The notes: generated by a model from the letters alone, not told the origin. DNA of 62,892 nt from an uncultured Clostridia bacterium (GCA_946615965.1 CAMOIC010000004.1:1-62892); one strand, 5' to 3'. Positions 9,503 to 20,667 are shown, counted from the stretch's first letter. A program made the numbers and translations.

Positions 9503-9762
9503 AATATCGCATTCTCCTTTAATCGATTATCTATAACCTCATAAATCTTATTTGATTCATAAGGTATATCTTGGGAATATCCCGCATTCCCCCTACTGGC
9601 TGTATTATAACACACTATTATTTTTTTTGTAATTTTATGAGGTCGAACGTTATTAGAGTGTAAAATATGACAACTCTACTTGGGATACATATGATTTTTA
9701 TATTGTATTTATTAAATAAAGTATGATAATATACTTTATGATAAATTTAAATTTAGGAGGTA

Positions 9763-10776
9763 ATGGTTATGCCATTAATGAACACAAAAGCAATGTTTGA
9801 TCAAGCATATAAGCATGGTTATGCTATTGGTGCTTTCAACGTTAATAACATGGAAATTATTCAAGGTATCGTAGAAGCTGCTACAGAAGAAAAGGCTCCT
9901 CTAATCCTTCAAGTTTCAAAGGGTGCTAGAAACTATGCAAACCCAGTATATCTACAAAAGATGGTAGAAGCTGCTGAAAAGGTTTCTGGTCTTCCAATCG
10001 CTTTACACTTAGACCACGGTGACTCTTTCGAATTATGTAAGAGCTGTATCGATGGTGGATTCACATCAGTTATGATCGACGGTTCTGCTCTTTCTTATGA
10101 AGACAACGTTGCATTAACAAAGAAGGTTGTTGAATACGCTCACGACACAACAAATCACCCATACATCACAGTTGAAGGTGAACTTGGAACATTAGCTGGT
10201 ATCGAAGATGAAGTTTCACATGCTGTAGGTTCATACACAAGACCAGAAGAAGTTATCGACTTCGTTACAAAGACTGGTGTAGATTCATTAGCTATTGCTA
10301 TCGGTACATCACATGGTGCTTACAAGTTTAAGCCAGAACAATGCACAAGAGATGAAAATGGTGTTCTTGTACCACCTCCACTAAGATTCGATATCCTAGA
10401 AGCTGTTTCTGAAAAGTTACCTGGATTCCCTATCGTTCTTCATGGTTCTTCTTCAGTTCCACAAGAATTCGTTCAAATTATCAATGCTAATGGTGGTAAG
10501 ATGCCAGATGCTGTTGGTATTCCAGAAGCTCAATTAAGAAAGGCTGCTACAATGTCTGTATGTAAGATTAACATCGACTCAGACTTAAGATTAGGTTGCA
10601 CAGCTGGTATCAGAAAGCACTTCGCTGAACATCCAGAACACTTCGATCCAAGACAATATCTTGGCGATGCTAGAGCTAACATCAAGAAAGTTGTTAAGCA
10701 TAAGTTAACAGAAGTTTTAGGATGCGCTGGAAAGGCTGATGAAATCATCGCTAAATACAACGAAATGAACAAATAA
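9763..10776 (+). CDS. fba: Class II fructose-1,6-bisphosphate aldolase
   Basis: LHLDHG; SVMIDGS; VEGELG; IGTSHGAYK; VLHGSS; KINIDSDLR; AGGAGG SD. Confidence 0.96.
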   Translation: MVMPLMNTKAMFDQAYKHGYAIGAFNVNNMEIIQGIVEAATEEKAPLILQVSKGARNYANPVYLQKMVEAAEKVSGLPIALHLDHGDSFELCKSCIDGGFTSVMIDGSALSYEDNVALTKKVVEYAHDTTNHPYITVEGELGTLAGIEDEVSHAVGSYTRPEEVIDFVTKTGVDSLAIAIGTSHGAYKFKPEQCTRDENGVLVPPPLRFDILEAVSEKLPGFPIVLHGSSSVPQEFVQIINANGGKMPDAVGIPEAQLRKAATMSVCKINIDSDLRLGCTAGIRKHFAEHPEHFDPRQYLGDARANIKKVVKHKLTEVLGCAGKADEIIAKYNEMNK

Positions 10777-10796
10777 TTAACTTAAGTTCAGACTTC

Positions 10797-10828
10797 AAGA
10801 GGCTATCAAAATCGATAGCCTCTTTTTT
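10797..10828 (+). terminator. Intrinsic terminator of fba
   Basis: AAGAGGCTATC-aaaatc-GATAGCCTCTT followed by T run. Confidence 0.88.
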
Positions 10829-10870
10829 ACAAAATTTTTAAATAATAATATATTATTTTATTCAATTTTA

Positions 10871-10899
10871 TTGACATGGTTTATATAATAAACTACAAT
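10871..10899 (+). promoter_or_regulatory. SigA-type promoter of the regulator-potABCD operon
   Basis: TTGACA-17 bp-TACAAT. Confidence 0.75.
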
Positions 10900-11002
10900 T
10901 TTCTTGTTTAATAATTTTAAACTCATAGTTTAGTTAAAAAATACTGGCTATTTTTAAAGTTTAAAAATACTAAACTAATTAAAAACAAAAAGAAGTGAGA
11001 AA

Positions 11003-11536
11003 ATGGAATTAGGAGTAAAGATTAAATCATTAAGATTGCAATGTGGTTTTACCCAAGAAGAACTAGCAGATAGATGCGAGTTAACAAAGGGTTATATCTC
11101 TCAGCTAGAAAACGACTTAACATCGCCATCTATTGCCACTTTGGTAGATCTTTTAAATGCCCTAGGCACTGATCTTAAAGAGTTCTTTAGTGATGCTGAC
11201 AACGAAAAAGTCATTTTCAATCATGACGACTTTATTGTTAAAGAAGATGAAAGATATACTCAAACATGGCTTGTTCCAAACGCACAAAAAAACGAAATGG
11301 AACCTATCATAGTTGAGATTAAGCCTCATTCTTCAATGGATGAAGATAGACCACACGAAGGCGAAGAGTTTGGTTATGTATTAGAAGGTGAAGTTATTCT
11401 TCACTTAGGAAAGAAAAAAGCTCTAGTAAAGAAAGGCTGTTCTTTCTATTATGAAGCAGGCAGAATTCACAATCTTGAAAACGCTTCAGATGAAATTGCA
11501 AAAGTTATTTGGGTATCTAGCCCACCTACATTCTAA
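11003..11536 (+). CDS. XRE-cupin transcriptional regulator (PuuR/PotR-like)
   Basis: [25 protein letters not shown]; [12 protein letters not shown] cupin; first gene of the pot operon. Confidence 0.9.
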   Translation: MELGVKIKSLRLQCGFTQEELADRCELTKGYISQLENDLTSPSIATLVDLLNALGTDLKEFFSDADNEKVIFNHDDFIVKEDERYTQTWLVPNAQKNEMEPIIVEIKPHSSMDEDRPHEGEEFGYVLEGEVILHLGKKKALVKKGCSFYYEAGRIHNLENASDEIAKVIWVSSPPTF

Positions 11537-11546
11537 GGAGATATAT

Positions 11547-13397
11547 ATGGAAGATTATATCATTCAATTAAAAGATTTAACTAAAGTATACGGAAACAAG
11601 ACTGTTGTTAAGAACATTAACCTTGATATTAAAAAAGGTGAATTTGTTACAATTTTAGGACCTTCAGGCTGTGGCAAAACAACAACGCTAAGAATGATTG
11701 CTGGTTTTGAACAACCAACTTCTGGCCAAATATTCTTCGACGGTAAAGACATCGCGGGTCTTCCTCCATATAAAAGAGCTGTTAATACAGTTTTCCAAAA
11801 GTATGCTCTATTCCCACATCTAAACGTTTTTAATAACGTTGCTTTTGGTTTGAAATTAAAGAAGGTTGAGCAAACTTTAAAAGATAAAAACGGACAAGAC
11901 TACACAAAGCTTGTTAATTTAAAGAATTCACTTGTTGATCAAATCATTTACGACAAAGATCGTAAACCAACAGGCGAAACAAAGAAAGTTAAATATAAGA
12001 GCGCTTACGAATATAGAGAAGTTCAATCTAAGAAGTTCGTTAAAGTTAATCTTTATAAAGAATATTTAGAAAAGGCTAAAGCTCAAGGTTTAACAAACAT
12101 TAAACCTGAAAACACTTTAGTTGATCAAGTTATCTATAACAGCGACCACACTTCATCAGGAAAGACAAAGAAGGTTGAATACAAGGACGCTTACGCATAT
12201 AGAGCTGAAGTAACAAAGAAAGTAAAGAAGATTAAATTATATAAAGAGTTTATAGATAAGAAAGTTAAGAATGCATTAAAGATGGTTGGTCTTTCAGATT
12301 ATGAAGATAGAAACGTAAATTCACTATCTGGCGGACAACAACAAAGAGTTGCCATTGCTCGTGCTATTATCAACGAACCAAAGATTCTTCTTCTTGACGA
12401 ACCTTTAGGCGCACTAGATTTAAAGATGAGACAAGAAATGCAACTTGAATTAAAAGAAATGCATAAGAAATTAGGTATCACTTTTATTTATGTAACTCAC
12501 GACCAAGAAGAAGCATTAACAATGTCTGACACAATCATCGTTATGAGAGATGGAAAGATTATGCAAAAAGGCTCTCCAATGGAAATCTATAACGAACCAG
12601 TTAACTCTTACGTTGCTGACTTTATCGGAGAAGCAAACATCTTCGATGGCGTTATGTTAAAAGATAAGCTTGTTAAGTTCTGCGGAGTAGAAGTTGAATG
12701 CGTAGATACTGGATTTGGCAAGCACGAACCAATCGAAGTCGTAATTAGACCTGAAGACTGGATTGTCAAAAAACCAGGTCAAGGTTCATTTGATGGCGTT
12801 ATTAATTCTTCTATGTTTAGAGGAGTTCATTATGAAGCAAGTTGCACATGCAATGGTTATGAATTCATAATCCATAGCACAAAAGAATATAAAGTTGGAC
12901 AAGCAGTAAGTCTAAGTGTTGATCCATTCGATATCCAAATTATGAAAATCGAAGTTAGAACAAACATCGTTCCAGTTACATTTAAGAGCGAAAATACATT
13001 CGATTTATATGGTGATGTATACGAATTCGATCCTATTAAGTTCTTTGGTACTGATTACAATCCTGACGATTATGTAAATAAAGAAGGTACTGTATCATTC
13101 TCATTTGACGATGTAGATATGGAAGACGATGAATGGAATGCTCCATTATCTGCAAATGTTGAATCTATGATTTATAAAGGAAAGAATTACTTTGTAACAT
13201 TAAGAACAGATAACAACAAGCACATTTTTGCTAACACTGAATACTTATGGGATGATGGCGATAGAATCGGTATTAAGATTCAACCATACGCTTTTAATTT
13301 TGAAGGTTTTGTAACACCTGAAGAAGTCAAGAAACTATTAAAAGATAAATACGAAATAAAAGACGAATGCGTAATAAAAGAGGTTATAGATAAATAA
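11547..13397 (+). CDS. potA: Spermidine/putrescine ABC transporter ATPase with ~125-aa internal insertion and extended C-terminus
   Basis: GPSGCGKTT; [13 protein letters not shown]; [14 protein letters not shown]; [10 protein letters not shown]; start at ATG 11547 (AAGGAG SD). Confidence 0.93.
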   Translation: MEDYIIQLKDLTKVYGNKTVVKNINLDIKKGEFVTILGPSGCGKTTTLRMIAGFEQPTSGQIFFDGKDIAGLPPYKRAVNTVFQKYALFPHLNVFNNVAFGLKLKKVEQTLKDKNGQDYTKLVNLKNSLVDQIIYDKDRKPTGETKKVKYKSAYEYREVQSKKFVKVNLYKEYLEKAKAQGLTNIKPENTLVDQVIYNSDHTSSGKTKKVEYKDAYAYRAEVTKKVKKIKLYKEFIDKKVKNALKMVGLSDYEDRNVNSLSGGQQQRVAIARAIINEPKILLLDEPLGALDLKMRQEMQLELKEMHKKLGITFIYVTHDQEEALTMSDTIIVMRDGKIMQKGSPMEIYNEPVNSYVADFIGEANIFDGVMLKDKLVKFCGVEVECVDTGFGKHEPIEVVIRPEDWIVKKPGQGSFDGVINSSMFRGVHYEASCTCNGYEFIIHSTKEYKVGQAVSLSVDPFDIQIMKIEVRTNIVPVTFKSENTFDLYGDVYEFDPIKFFGTDYNPDDYVNKEGTVSFSFDDVDMEDDEWNAPLSANVESMIYKGKNYFVTLRTDNNKHIFANTEYLWDDGDRIGIKIQPYAFNFEGFVTPEEVKKLLKDKYEIKDECVIKEVIDK

Positions 13398-13398
13398 T

Positions 13399-14235
13399 AT
13401 GGGAAACAGTTCTATTTCAAACTTAAGAAGTGCATTTAAGTTGAAGCAATTCTCAAGAAAATATCTATCAATACCTTACGGGGTATTTATGGTTATGTTC
13501 ATTATTTTACCTCTTGTAATTCTTTTCTTATATGCATTCACAGAGCGCAAGTTTGACGGAAGTTTAACACTTAACTTCACTATCGCAAACTTTAAAGAAG
13601 TTTTTAGTCCTACAAACTTAGATATGCTTGAGCGTTCATTCAAGATTGGTATTATCTCTACTCTTGCATGTTTAATTATTGGTTATCCAATTGCACTAAT
13701 TCTTAGCAGATCAACTCTAAAGCATAAGAACGTAATAGTTATGTTATTCATGCTTCCAATGTGGGTAAATTTCTTAATTAGAACTTTGGCAACAAAGGCA
13801 GTATTTGAAGCTATGGATATCAAGCTTGGCGAGTTCTCTGTTACATTTACAATGATATATAATTATCTACCCTATATGATTATGCCTATATATAACGTTA
13901 TAGAAAAAATAGATAATTGTTTATATGAAGGCGCACGCGATTTAGGAGCCAACGAGTTTACAGTATTAAGGAAAGTTACTGTTCCTCTATCTCTTCCTGG
14001 CATTTTAAGTGGAATAACAATGGTATTTATGCCATCTATCACTACATTTGCCATCGCAAATATTATGAGTAATAACACTTATATTCTTGTAGGTGACTAT
14101 ATCTATAGCGAATCATTCATAAGCTTTAATGTTGCAAGTGCTATTTCATTAATTATTCTTGTAGTTATTGGAATATCTATGGCAATCGTTAACAAGTATG
14201 ATAAAGACGGAAATGCACAAGGGGGTATGATGTAA
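13399..14235 (+). CDS. potB: Polyamine ABC transporter permease
   Basis: TM segments; LPMWVNFLIRT; EGARDLGA (EAA loop). Confidence 0.9.
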   Translation: MGNSSISNLRSAFKLKQFSRKYLSIPYGVFMVMFIILPLVILFLYAFTERKFDGSLTLNFTIANFKEVFSPTNLDMLERSFKIGIISTLACLIIGYPIALILSRSTLKHKNVIVMLFMLPMWVNFLIRTLATKAVFEAMDIKLGEFSVTFTMIYNYLPYMIMPIYNVIEKIDNCLYEGARDLGANEFTVLRKVTVPLSLPGILSGITMVFMPSITTFAIANIMSNNTYILVGDYIYSESFISFNVASAISLIILVVIGISMAIVNKYDKDGNAQGGMM

Positions 14236-15077
14236 TGGATAAGCAAAAAGCATTAAAAACAACAACAAAGACCCTATCTTGGACATATGTCTTAATAATC
14301 CTTGGATTGTTATACCTACCTATTATTTGGATGATTTTATGGTCATTTACTAATAGTGCTACATTTGGAACATGGGGCGAATTCACTTTTAAGAATTACC
14401 AAGATTTATTTAATGGAAAACAAACAAAAGTAATCTTCAGTGCACTTCAAAACACATTAATTATTGCCCTAGTTGCAAGTACACTTTCTACAATATTAGG
14501 CACTGCTGCTGCAATTGGTATTCACAGCATTAGAAACAAGAGAGTATTAAACGCATATAAAACAACAAACCAAATTCCTATGGTTAACTCAGAAATCGTA
14601 ACTGCTATGTCAATGATGTTATTATTCCAAGTATTTAGAGGAATTTTTAAAACTGGCAGCCAACTAGAATTATTCGAAGTAATTTTAGCTCACACATCAT
14701 TCTGTACACCATACGTAATACTAAATGTATCTCCAAGACTTGCTCAATCAGACAACAAGATTTATGAAGCTGCATTAGATTTAGGTTGTAATTATAGACA
14801 AGCAATATTTAAAGCATTAATTCCAGAGCTTCTTCCTGGTATTATTGTTGGTTTTGTTATGGCATTTACTCTAAGTATTGATGATTTCGTAATTACAGAA
14901 TTCACAATCAACAATCGTGACACAATCTCTACTTTGATTTATGCAAAACAATCAGGAAAGAGAGCTCTACCATCAGAGTTTAGAGCGCTATTCACGATTA
15001 TATTCTTTATAATTCTTGGCCTATTAATGTTTATGAATAAGCCACAAAAGAGTTTAGATAACAAAGGTAAAAAATAA
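14235..15077 (+). CDS. potC: Polyamine ABC transporter permease
   Basis: EAALDLG; FTLSIDDFVIT. Confidence 0.9.
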   Translation: MDKQKALKTTTKTLSWTYVLIILGLLYLPIIWMILWSFTNSATFGTWGEFTFKNYQDLFNGKQTKVIFSALQNTLIIALVASTLSTILGTAAAIGIHSIRNKRVLNAYKTTNQIPMVNSEIVTAMSMMLLFQVFRGIFKTGSQLELFEVILAHTSFCTPYVILNVSPRLAQSDNKIYEAALDLGCNYRQAIFKALIPELLPGIIVGFVMAFTLSIDDFVITEFTINNRDTISTLIYAKQSGKRALPSEFRALFTIIFFIILGLLMFMNKPQKSLDNKGKK

Positions 15078-15102
15078 AATTTATATATAGGAGTTTATTA
15101 AA

Positions 15103-16407
15103 ATGAAAAAGAAAGTAGTTTTAATGTTAATTGTTACAGCACTTATGTGCATCTCAATTATCCCAATGTTTACAGCTTGCTCTGCAAACCGTGAAGACAC
15201 ATTAAAGATTCTTACAATTGATGAATATTTAAATGAAGGTCTTATTGCTGAATTCCAAGAATACTACAAAAGCGTAACAGGAAAGGATATTGAAGTTGAT
15301 GTTCAATACACACCAACAAACGAAGAAATGTACGCTAAGATTTCTTTATCTAAGGCTGATTTTGATATCATCTGCCCTTCTGACTACATGGTAGAAAAAA
15401 TGGCAAGACAAGAACTATTATTAAGCCTTGCTAAGGATTTCGGAACAGATGTTGATGGCAAGGAAGTAGTAGATAACAGAAAGAATGTTTCAGCATACTT
15501 AACAGGCGACACATTTAGTTCAGTTCCTGGCGATTATGCTTGTGCTTACATGTGGGGTACATTAGGTATCGTATACAATAGATCTAACATCTCAACAGCT
15601 ACTCTAAAGAGCGAAGGTTGGAATGCATTATGGTCTACATCATATGGAAAGATCCAAATGAAAGATAGCGTAAGAGATACAATGGCTGCTGGCGCAGTTT
15701 ATACATTTAAGACTGCTTTAGATAACGGCGCTTCTTTAAACGATGTTATCAATTATACAGATAGCGAACATCTTAACCAAATCAAAACAAATCTTATTAC
15801 ACAAAAGAAGTTATCTTCTTTCTATGGATACGAAACAGATAATGGTAAAACAGATATTCTAGAAGGAAAGTCTTCTCTTCTTCTTCAATGGTCAGGCGAT
15901 GCCGTTTACACATTAAGTGATGATATTAAAGATGTTGTACCTCTAGATTCATATCCAGATTTAGCTTACTATGTACCAAAGTATTCAAACGTATGGTGCG
16001 ACTACTGGGCAATTCCTAAATATGCTGGCAATACAACAGCTGCTAACTTATGGATTAACTTTATGTGTTCTGATAAAGCTGCTATTGATAGCATGGATTA
16101 TATCGGTTACACATCTGCTATTGCCACAGATGCTACTTTCGAATACGCTAACGCTGCAATTACTTATGCTGAAGATGACGAAGATGAAGCTACAGCTGCT
16201 GCAAGATTAATCGCAGAAGATGAAGATAGATTTATGTATGCAGACATCTCTTACTTCTTTATTGGAGTAGATGGTGCTGAAAACATGCTTATTGACTATG
16301 TACAATATCCACCAAAATCAGTAATTCAATACTGCGCTGTAATGAGAGACTTCGGTGATAGCTCACAAACAATGCAAAACGTTTGGACAGCAGTAAAGAA
16401 TGCTTAA
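15103..16407 (+). CDS. potD: Polyamine ABC transporter substrate-binding lipoprotein
   Basis: Lipobox FTAC; TNEEMYAK; DIICPSDYMVEKM; YMWGTLGIVYN; WSGDA. Confidence 0.9.
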   Translation: MKKKVVLMLIVTALMCISIIPMFTACSANREDTLKILTIDEYLNEGLIAEFQEYYKSVTGKDIEVDVQYTPTNEEMYAKISLSKADFDIICPSDYMVEKMARQELLLSLAKDFGTDVDGKEVVDNRKNVSAYLTGDTFSSVPGDYACAYMWGTLGIVYNRSNISTATLKSEGWNALWSTSYGKIQMKDSVRDTMAAGAVYTFKTALDNGASLNDVINYTDSEHLNQIKTNLITQKKLSSFYGYETDNGKTDILEGKSSLLLQWSGDAVYTLSDDIKDVVPLDSYPDLAYYVPKYSNVWCDYWAIPKYAGNTTAANLWINFMCSDKAAIDSMDYIGYTSAIATDATFEYANAAITYAEDDEDEATAAARLIAEDEDRFMYADISYFFIGVDGAENMLIDYVQYPPKSVIQYCAVMRDFGDSSQTMQNVWTAVKNA

Positions 16408-16426
16408 TTAAATAGCATAAACAATG

Positions 16427-16455
16427 AGAGGATTCATTTTGGAATCCTCTTTTTT
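16427..16455 (+). terminator. Intrinsic terminator of the pot operon
   Basis: AGAGGATTC-attttg-GAATCCTCT followed by T run. Confidence 0.8.
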
Positions 16456-16466
16456 AACTTTTAAGA

Positions 16467-18080
16467 TTATTTCTTTTTCTTGTAAGCTTGGAATTCGCCT
16501 TTTGGCGCAAATTTTTTATTTAACTTTTCAACTTTCTTAGAACGAGCATTTCTCTTCTCTATTTGCTCTTTTGTTGCTTTAGGCTTACTCTTCTTAAAGT
16601 CTTTCTTTTCTTTAAAATCTTTTCCGCCTTTAGACTTGCTCTTATCTTTTGAAGATGGCTTTTCGTCACCCTTTGCTTCTTCTATTACAACTTTTCTCTT
16701 TCCTAGAGTTAATCCCTCCAACTTCTTTAGATTTGCTACGTTGTTATTGCCAACTTCTACGAATGAGAATGTATCAGAAACTTTTACATCTACTATCTCA
16801 TGCAAAGCAATTTTACATTTTGTTGTAACAAGTTTTGTTAAAGAGAATTTATCTAGCATGTCTTTCTTGCCAATATTTAAGAAGAAACGCTTTGTAGCTC
16901 CTTGCTTTTCAACCTTATGGAATTTATTTGAACCGTCATGAGGTAAAGTGAATTCATCTTTAAATTCTGGAAGATCTACATATTCTAAAGCATTGTTTGT
17001 AGCAGTTTGATATGCTTGAACAAATCCAACCTGAGATTGGTCAATAATTGTATAAGCTGCACCTGTTTTATTGGCTCTTGCTGTTCTACCAATTCTATGA
17101 ATATAGAAATCAGAATCTGCAGGAGGATCAAAGTTGAATATTACTTTAATAGAATCAACGTCAATACCACGTGCTGCGACATCAGTTGCAACTAGCATTT
17201 CAACCTTGCCTTCTTTGAAAGCTTTCATAATTCTAGTTCTTTCATTTTGTCTAATATCACTATGAATTACTGCAACATTAGCTTTTGCCTTAACTAATGC
17301 TTGATATAACTTATCTGCTCTTGCCTTTGTGTTACAAAAGACAATGCATCTTTCGTATTTATTTACTCTCTTTAGATATAATAAAGCAGATACTCTTTGA
17401 CTATCTTGAACCATAGTATAATATTGCTTAATCTCTGGAATGTTTTCCCCATCAACTGTAGCTTCTACATATACAGGTTCTTTAAACTTTTGATTTATTA
17501 TATTTTCAATTGCTTGGGGAATTGTAGCTGAGAATAAAAGTTTTTGTGTAGTAATTTGAGGAAGAGCTTTCATTATTGTTTCAATATCATCTCTAAATCC
17601 CATATCAAACATCTCATCACCCTCATCAAGAACAAAACACTTTGTCTCTTGAAGCTTAAGAGTATGTCTATCTAAATGATCTAGAATTCTTCCTGGAGTA
17701 CCTATAATTACTTGAGGCTTTTTTCTCAAATACATTAATTGTCTTTCAAAGTTTTGACCACCATAAATACCAGCAACTCTAAATCCCTCATAATACTTAG
17801 TAGCCATTTTAAATACATCGCATATTTGGATTACTAGTTCTCTTGTTGGGCATACAATAATTGCTTGTATTTTGTTAGATTGTCTATCCACCATATTCAT
17901 TATAGGAAGAACATAGCCTAGAGTCTTACCAGTTCCTGTTGGAGCTTTTGCAACGACATCTTTTCCTTCCATAGCAACAGGAATGACTTTATCTTGAATC
18001 TCAGTCATTTCTACAATATTTTGCTCATCTAAAGCTTTTACTATAAGTGGATCAATATTTAATTCTGTAAATTTTCTCAT
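16467..18080 (-). CDS. DEAD-box RNA helicase with DbpA-type RNA-binding domain and Lys-rich tail
   Basis: APTGTGKT; PTREL; TPGR; DEGD (motif II variant); SAT; ARGID; HRIGRTAR; start at ATG 18080 (MRKFTEL). Confidence 0.93.
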   Translation of the reverse strand: MRKFTELNIDPLIVKALDEQNIVEMTEIQDKVIPVAMEGKDVVAKAPTGTGKTLGYVLPIMNMVDRQSNKIQAIIVCPTRELVIQICDVFKMATKYYEGFRVAGIYGGQNFERQLMYLRKKPQVIIGTPGRILDHLDRHTLKLQETKCFVLDEGDEMFDMGFRDDIETIMKALPQITTQKLLFSATIPQAIENIINQKFKEPVYVEATVDGENIPEIKQYYTMVQDSQRVSALLYLKRVNKYERCIVFCNTKARADKLYQALVKAKANVAVIHSDIRQNERTRIMKAFKEGKVEMLVATDVAARGIDVDSIKVIFNFDPPADSDFYIHRIGRTARANKTGAAYTIIDQSQVGFVQAYQTATNNALEYVDLPEFKDEFTLPHDGSNKFHKVEKQGATKRFFLNIGKKDMLDKFSLTKLVTTKCKIALHEIVDVKVSDTFSFVEVGNNNVANLKKLEGLTLGKRKVVIEEAKGDEKPSSKDKSKSKGGKDFKEKKDFKKSKPKATKEQIEKRNARSKKVEKLNKKFAPKGEFQAYKKKK

Positions 18081-18163
18081 GTTTATGATTATACCACGGC
18101 CGCAAAAATAACGCATTTAAAATCACTTGTCTATATTTTTCATTATTGTATAATAATAAATGT

Positions 18164-18886
18164 ATGAAAACTGCATTAGTATTTGGAGCATCAAAAGGAA
18201 TAGGAGCCGCTATAGCAAGAGAATTTGCAAAAGGCGGATATTTTGTTTGTATCAATTACAATTCTTCTAAATCAGACGCTGATGCGCTTGTAGAGGAATT
18301 AAAGCCAAATGCTAAAGCATTTAAAGCTGACATTTCTTCATTTGAAGAAGTTAATTCTATGGTAAAAGAAATTGTTTCTACATATAAGAAAATAGACGTT
18401 TGCGTTGTATCTTCTGGTATTGCTAAACAAAATCTTTTAATAGATGCTTCTATTAATGAAATCTCAAATATTATTAATACAAATTTATTTGGAACAATCT
18501 ATGCTTGTAAAGCTGTAGCTCCATATATGCTTTCTGAGCACTATGGAAAGATTATAACTATTGCTTCTATGTGGGGAGAAGTAGGTGCATCTTGTGAGAG
18601 TATCTATTCTGCTTCAAAAGGCGGTATTATTTCTTTCACTAAAGCTCTTGCAAAAGAACTTGGCTACAATGGCATTAATGTAAACTGCATTAGTCCTGGC
18701 CTTATAGATACTCAAATGAATTCTCATTTATCTCAAGAGGATATTGATTCTCTTATTGAAAACACTCCATCTTCAAGAATCGGAAAACCTGAAGATATAG
18801 CAAAAGCCGCTTACTTCCTTGCTAGTGATGACGCAAGTTACATAAACGGCCAAATACTTCCTGTTAATGGTGGTTTTGTTATTTAA
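18164..18886 (+). CDS. SDR oxidoreductase (FabG/YmfI-like)
   Basis: GASKGIG; SMWGEVGASCESIYSASKGG (YmfI-like); VNCISPGLIDT. Confidence 0.85.
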   Translation: MKTALVFGASKGIGAAIAREFAKGGYFVCINYNSSKSDADALVEELKPNAKAFKADISSFEEVNSMVKEIVSTYKKIDVCVVSSGIAKQNLLIDASINEISNIINTNLFGTIYACKAVAPYMLSEHYGKIITIASMWGEVGASCESIYSASKGGIISFTKALAKELGYNGINVNCISPGLIDTQMNSHLSQEDIDSLIENTPSSRIGKPEDIAKAAYFLASDDASYINGQILPVNGGFVI

Positions 18887-18889
18887 CTC

Positions 18890-20656
18890 CTAGTTTGGAG
18901 CCTCCATACTACATGTAATAATTTTCTTTAAATTATCAAAAGCTAACTTTAATGATGATTGTCCTAATGATGTTGAATAGTTTGTTCCAATTACATAGAA
19001 TAATAAATCATCTTCGCTAGATATATCGTCAAATGCTCCAGAACTAATTACAAAGCTGTCTTTTGGAGTTCCATCATTATAGGTATCTATAGTACAGTTT
19101 CCATCAAAATAAACTGTAGAAACCTTTGCCTTATAGAATAATTTATTACCTAAGGATCTAACAGAACCAGGTAAACAAATCTTTGTAAATCTAGCACCAG
19201 CAAAAGCATAATCTCCAATTGTTTCGATTTGCATTAGAGTGCTGCTATTTAATCCTGTGCACTTAACATCTAAGTTAAAGAACCAGAATGCTTCTGCATC
19301 AGTGTTGTTGTATCTATATGTGCAGCCATCTAAATCTGAATATAAACCAACATAAGCATATAATTTCTTCATATCGAAGTCTGTGATAACAAAATGAGAC
19401 TTTGATGTAGATGTTGAACCACTTGTCTTTGTGTAGTCTTCAAGTTTTAATATTCTGAAGTACTCGTTATATCCGACCTTTTCTGTATTGCCTTCAATAG
19501 TAGATCTTTCAAATAAGATTGTTTTGCTTTGAGTGATACTACTTACAGTTGCAGATGATGCATATAAATTGAAAGCGCCTTTTCCAATTGATTCAACCTC
19601 TTCGCTTAATACTAAATCATTTGTTGTTAATAAGTTTGTACATCCCATGAACATACCTTCTGGAATCTTATTAACCTTACTAACATTCATTGATACACTC
19701 TTTAGTGATGTACAAGCAAAGCATAGATTTGAACCTAAAGTAATTGTTTCATCATCCTTGTCTTGTTCAAAAACTAAAGTGTTTAATTGAGAACCAGAGA
19801 ATGCATAATCTCCGATTGAAGTTACACTTGGAGCAACTCTAAAATAGAACTTGTTACCTGTAACGTTTGCAAAAGCATATTTTCCAATAGTCTTTAGATT
19901 TGGGAAATATAATTCATCTTCAGCAACTGAATATAAACTTGTATTATAGAAAGCATATTGATCGATTGTTGTAATACCTAAATCAGTTTCATTGCTGCCA
20001 GGTATTAATTCAATCTTTTGTAAAGCACATTCTCTAAATGCACTAGCGCCAATAACTTTTAATGACTTTGGTACATAAATACCATCAAGCTTTTGGCAGT
20101 TATAGAAAGCATATGAACAAATTTCTGTAAGACTAGAAGGAAGTGTATACCACTTATATGTGTCTTCACTAGCTTCTATATCTGTACCTAAAGCGCTACA
20201 GCCATAGAATGCATAATTACCAATGTAAGTAATTGAATCTGGCATTGAAACATATTTAAGTGAAGTTGCATTATAGAAACAATAATCTGGTACGCTCTTT
20301 ATTCCATCTGGTAAAGTAACAGAAACAATAGTTGTATTTCCAGAGAATGCATTTTCGGAAATCTCTATTGATGAGTCTTTAGCAAAAGACAATGCTGTTA
20401 CTGATGAACTATTAAAAGCTTTTTCTCCAATAGAAACAATCTTCTTGCCTTCTACTTTTGCAGGAATTGTTAAAGTAGTTTCGCTACCATTGTATGAAAC
20501 GATAGATACGCCTGAACCTTCAGATACTACAGTATAGTCTCCTAACTTGAATTCCTTATCTTTTTCTAATGAATTAAAATAAACACTAATAACAGTAATT
20601 ACAACTGCTAATACTATTATTACTGCTAATGCAATTTGTTTTGAGTATTTTTTCAT
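18890..20656 (-). CDS. BspA-type leucine-rich repeat (LRR_5) protein, N-terminally membrane anchored
   Basis: Repeated xIGxxAFxxCxxLxxIxLP units; N-terminal TM; start at ATG 20656. Confidence 0.85.
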   Translation of the reverse strand: MKKYSKQIALAVIIVLAVVITVISVYFNSLEKDKEFKLGDYTVVSEGSGVSIVSYNGSETTLTIPAKVEGKKIVSIGEKAFNSSSVTALSFAKDSSIEISENAFSGNTTIVSVTLPDGIKSVPDYCFYNATSLKYVSMPDSITYIGNYAFYGCSALGTDIEASEDTYKWYTLPSSLTEICSYAFYNCQKLDGIYVPKSLKVIGASAFRECALQKIELIPGSNETDLGITTIDQYAFYNTSLYSVAEDELYFPNLKTIGKYAFANVTGNKFYFRVAPSVTSIGDYAFSGSQLNTLVFEQDKDDETITLGSNLCFACTSLKSVSMNVSKVNKIPEGMFMGCTNLLTTNDLVLSEEVESIGKGAFNLYASSATVSSITQSKTILFERSTIEGNTEKVGYNEYFRILKLEDYTKTSGSTSTSKSHFVITDFDMKKLYAYVGLYSDLDGCTYRYNNTDAEAFWFFNLDVKCTGLNSSTLMQIETIGDYAFAGARFTKICLPGSVRSLGNKLFYKAKVSTVYFDGNCTIDTYNDGTPKDSFVISSGAFDDISSEDDLLFYVIGTNYSTSLGQSSLKLAFDNLKKIITCSMEAPN

Positions 20657-20667
20657 ATTCTTCCTTT

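Noticed and set aside
11451-11546. Upstream extension of the potA ORF overlapping the regulator
   Set aside because: ATG 11547 has an AAGGAG SD and matches the normal PotA N-terminus.
11865-12240. Possible intein in PotA
   Set aside because: No N-terminal Cys/Ser block, no His-Asn end and no LAGLIDADG motif; it is an internal duplication.
17610-17630. DEGD instead of DEAD in the helicase
   Set aside because: It still fits the DExD consensus and all other motifs are intact.
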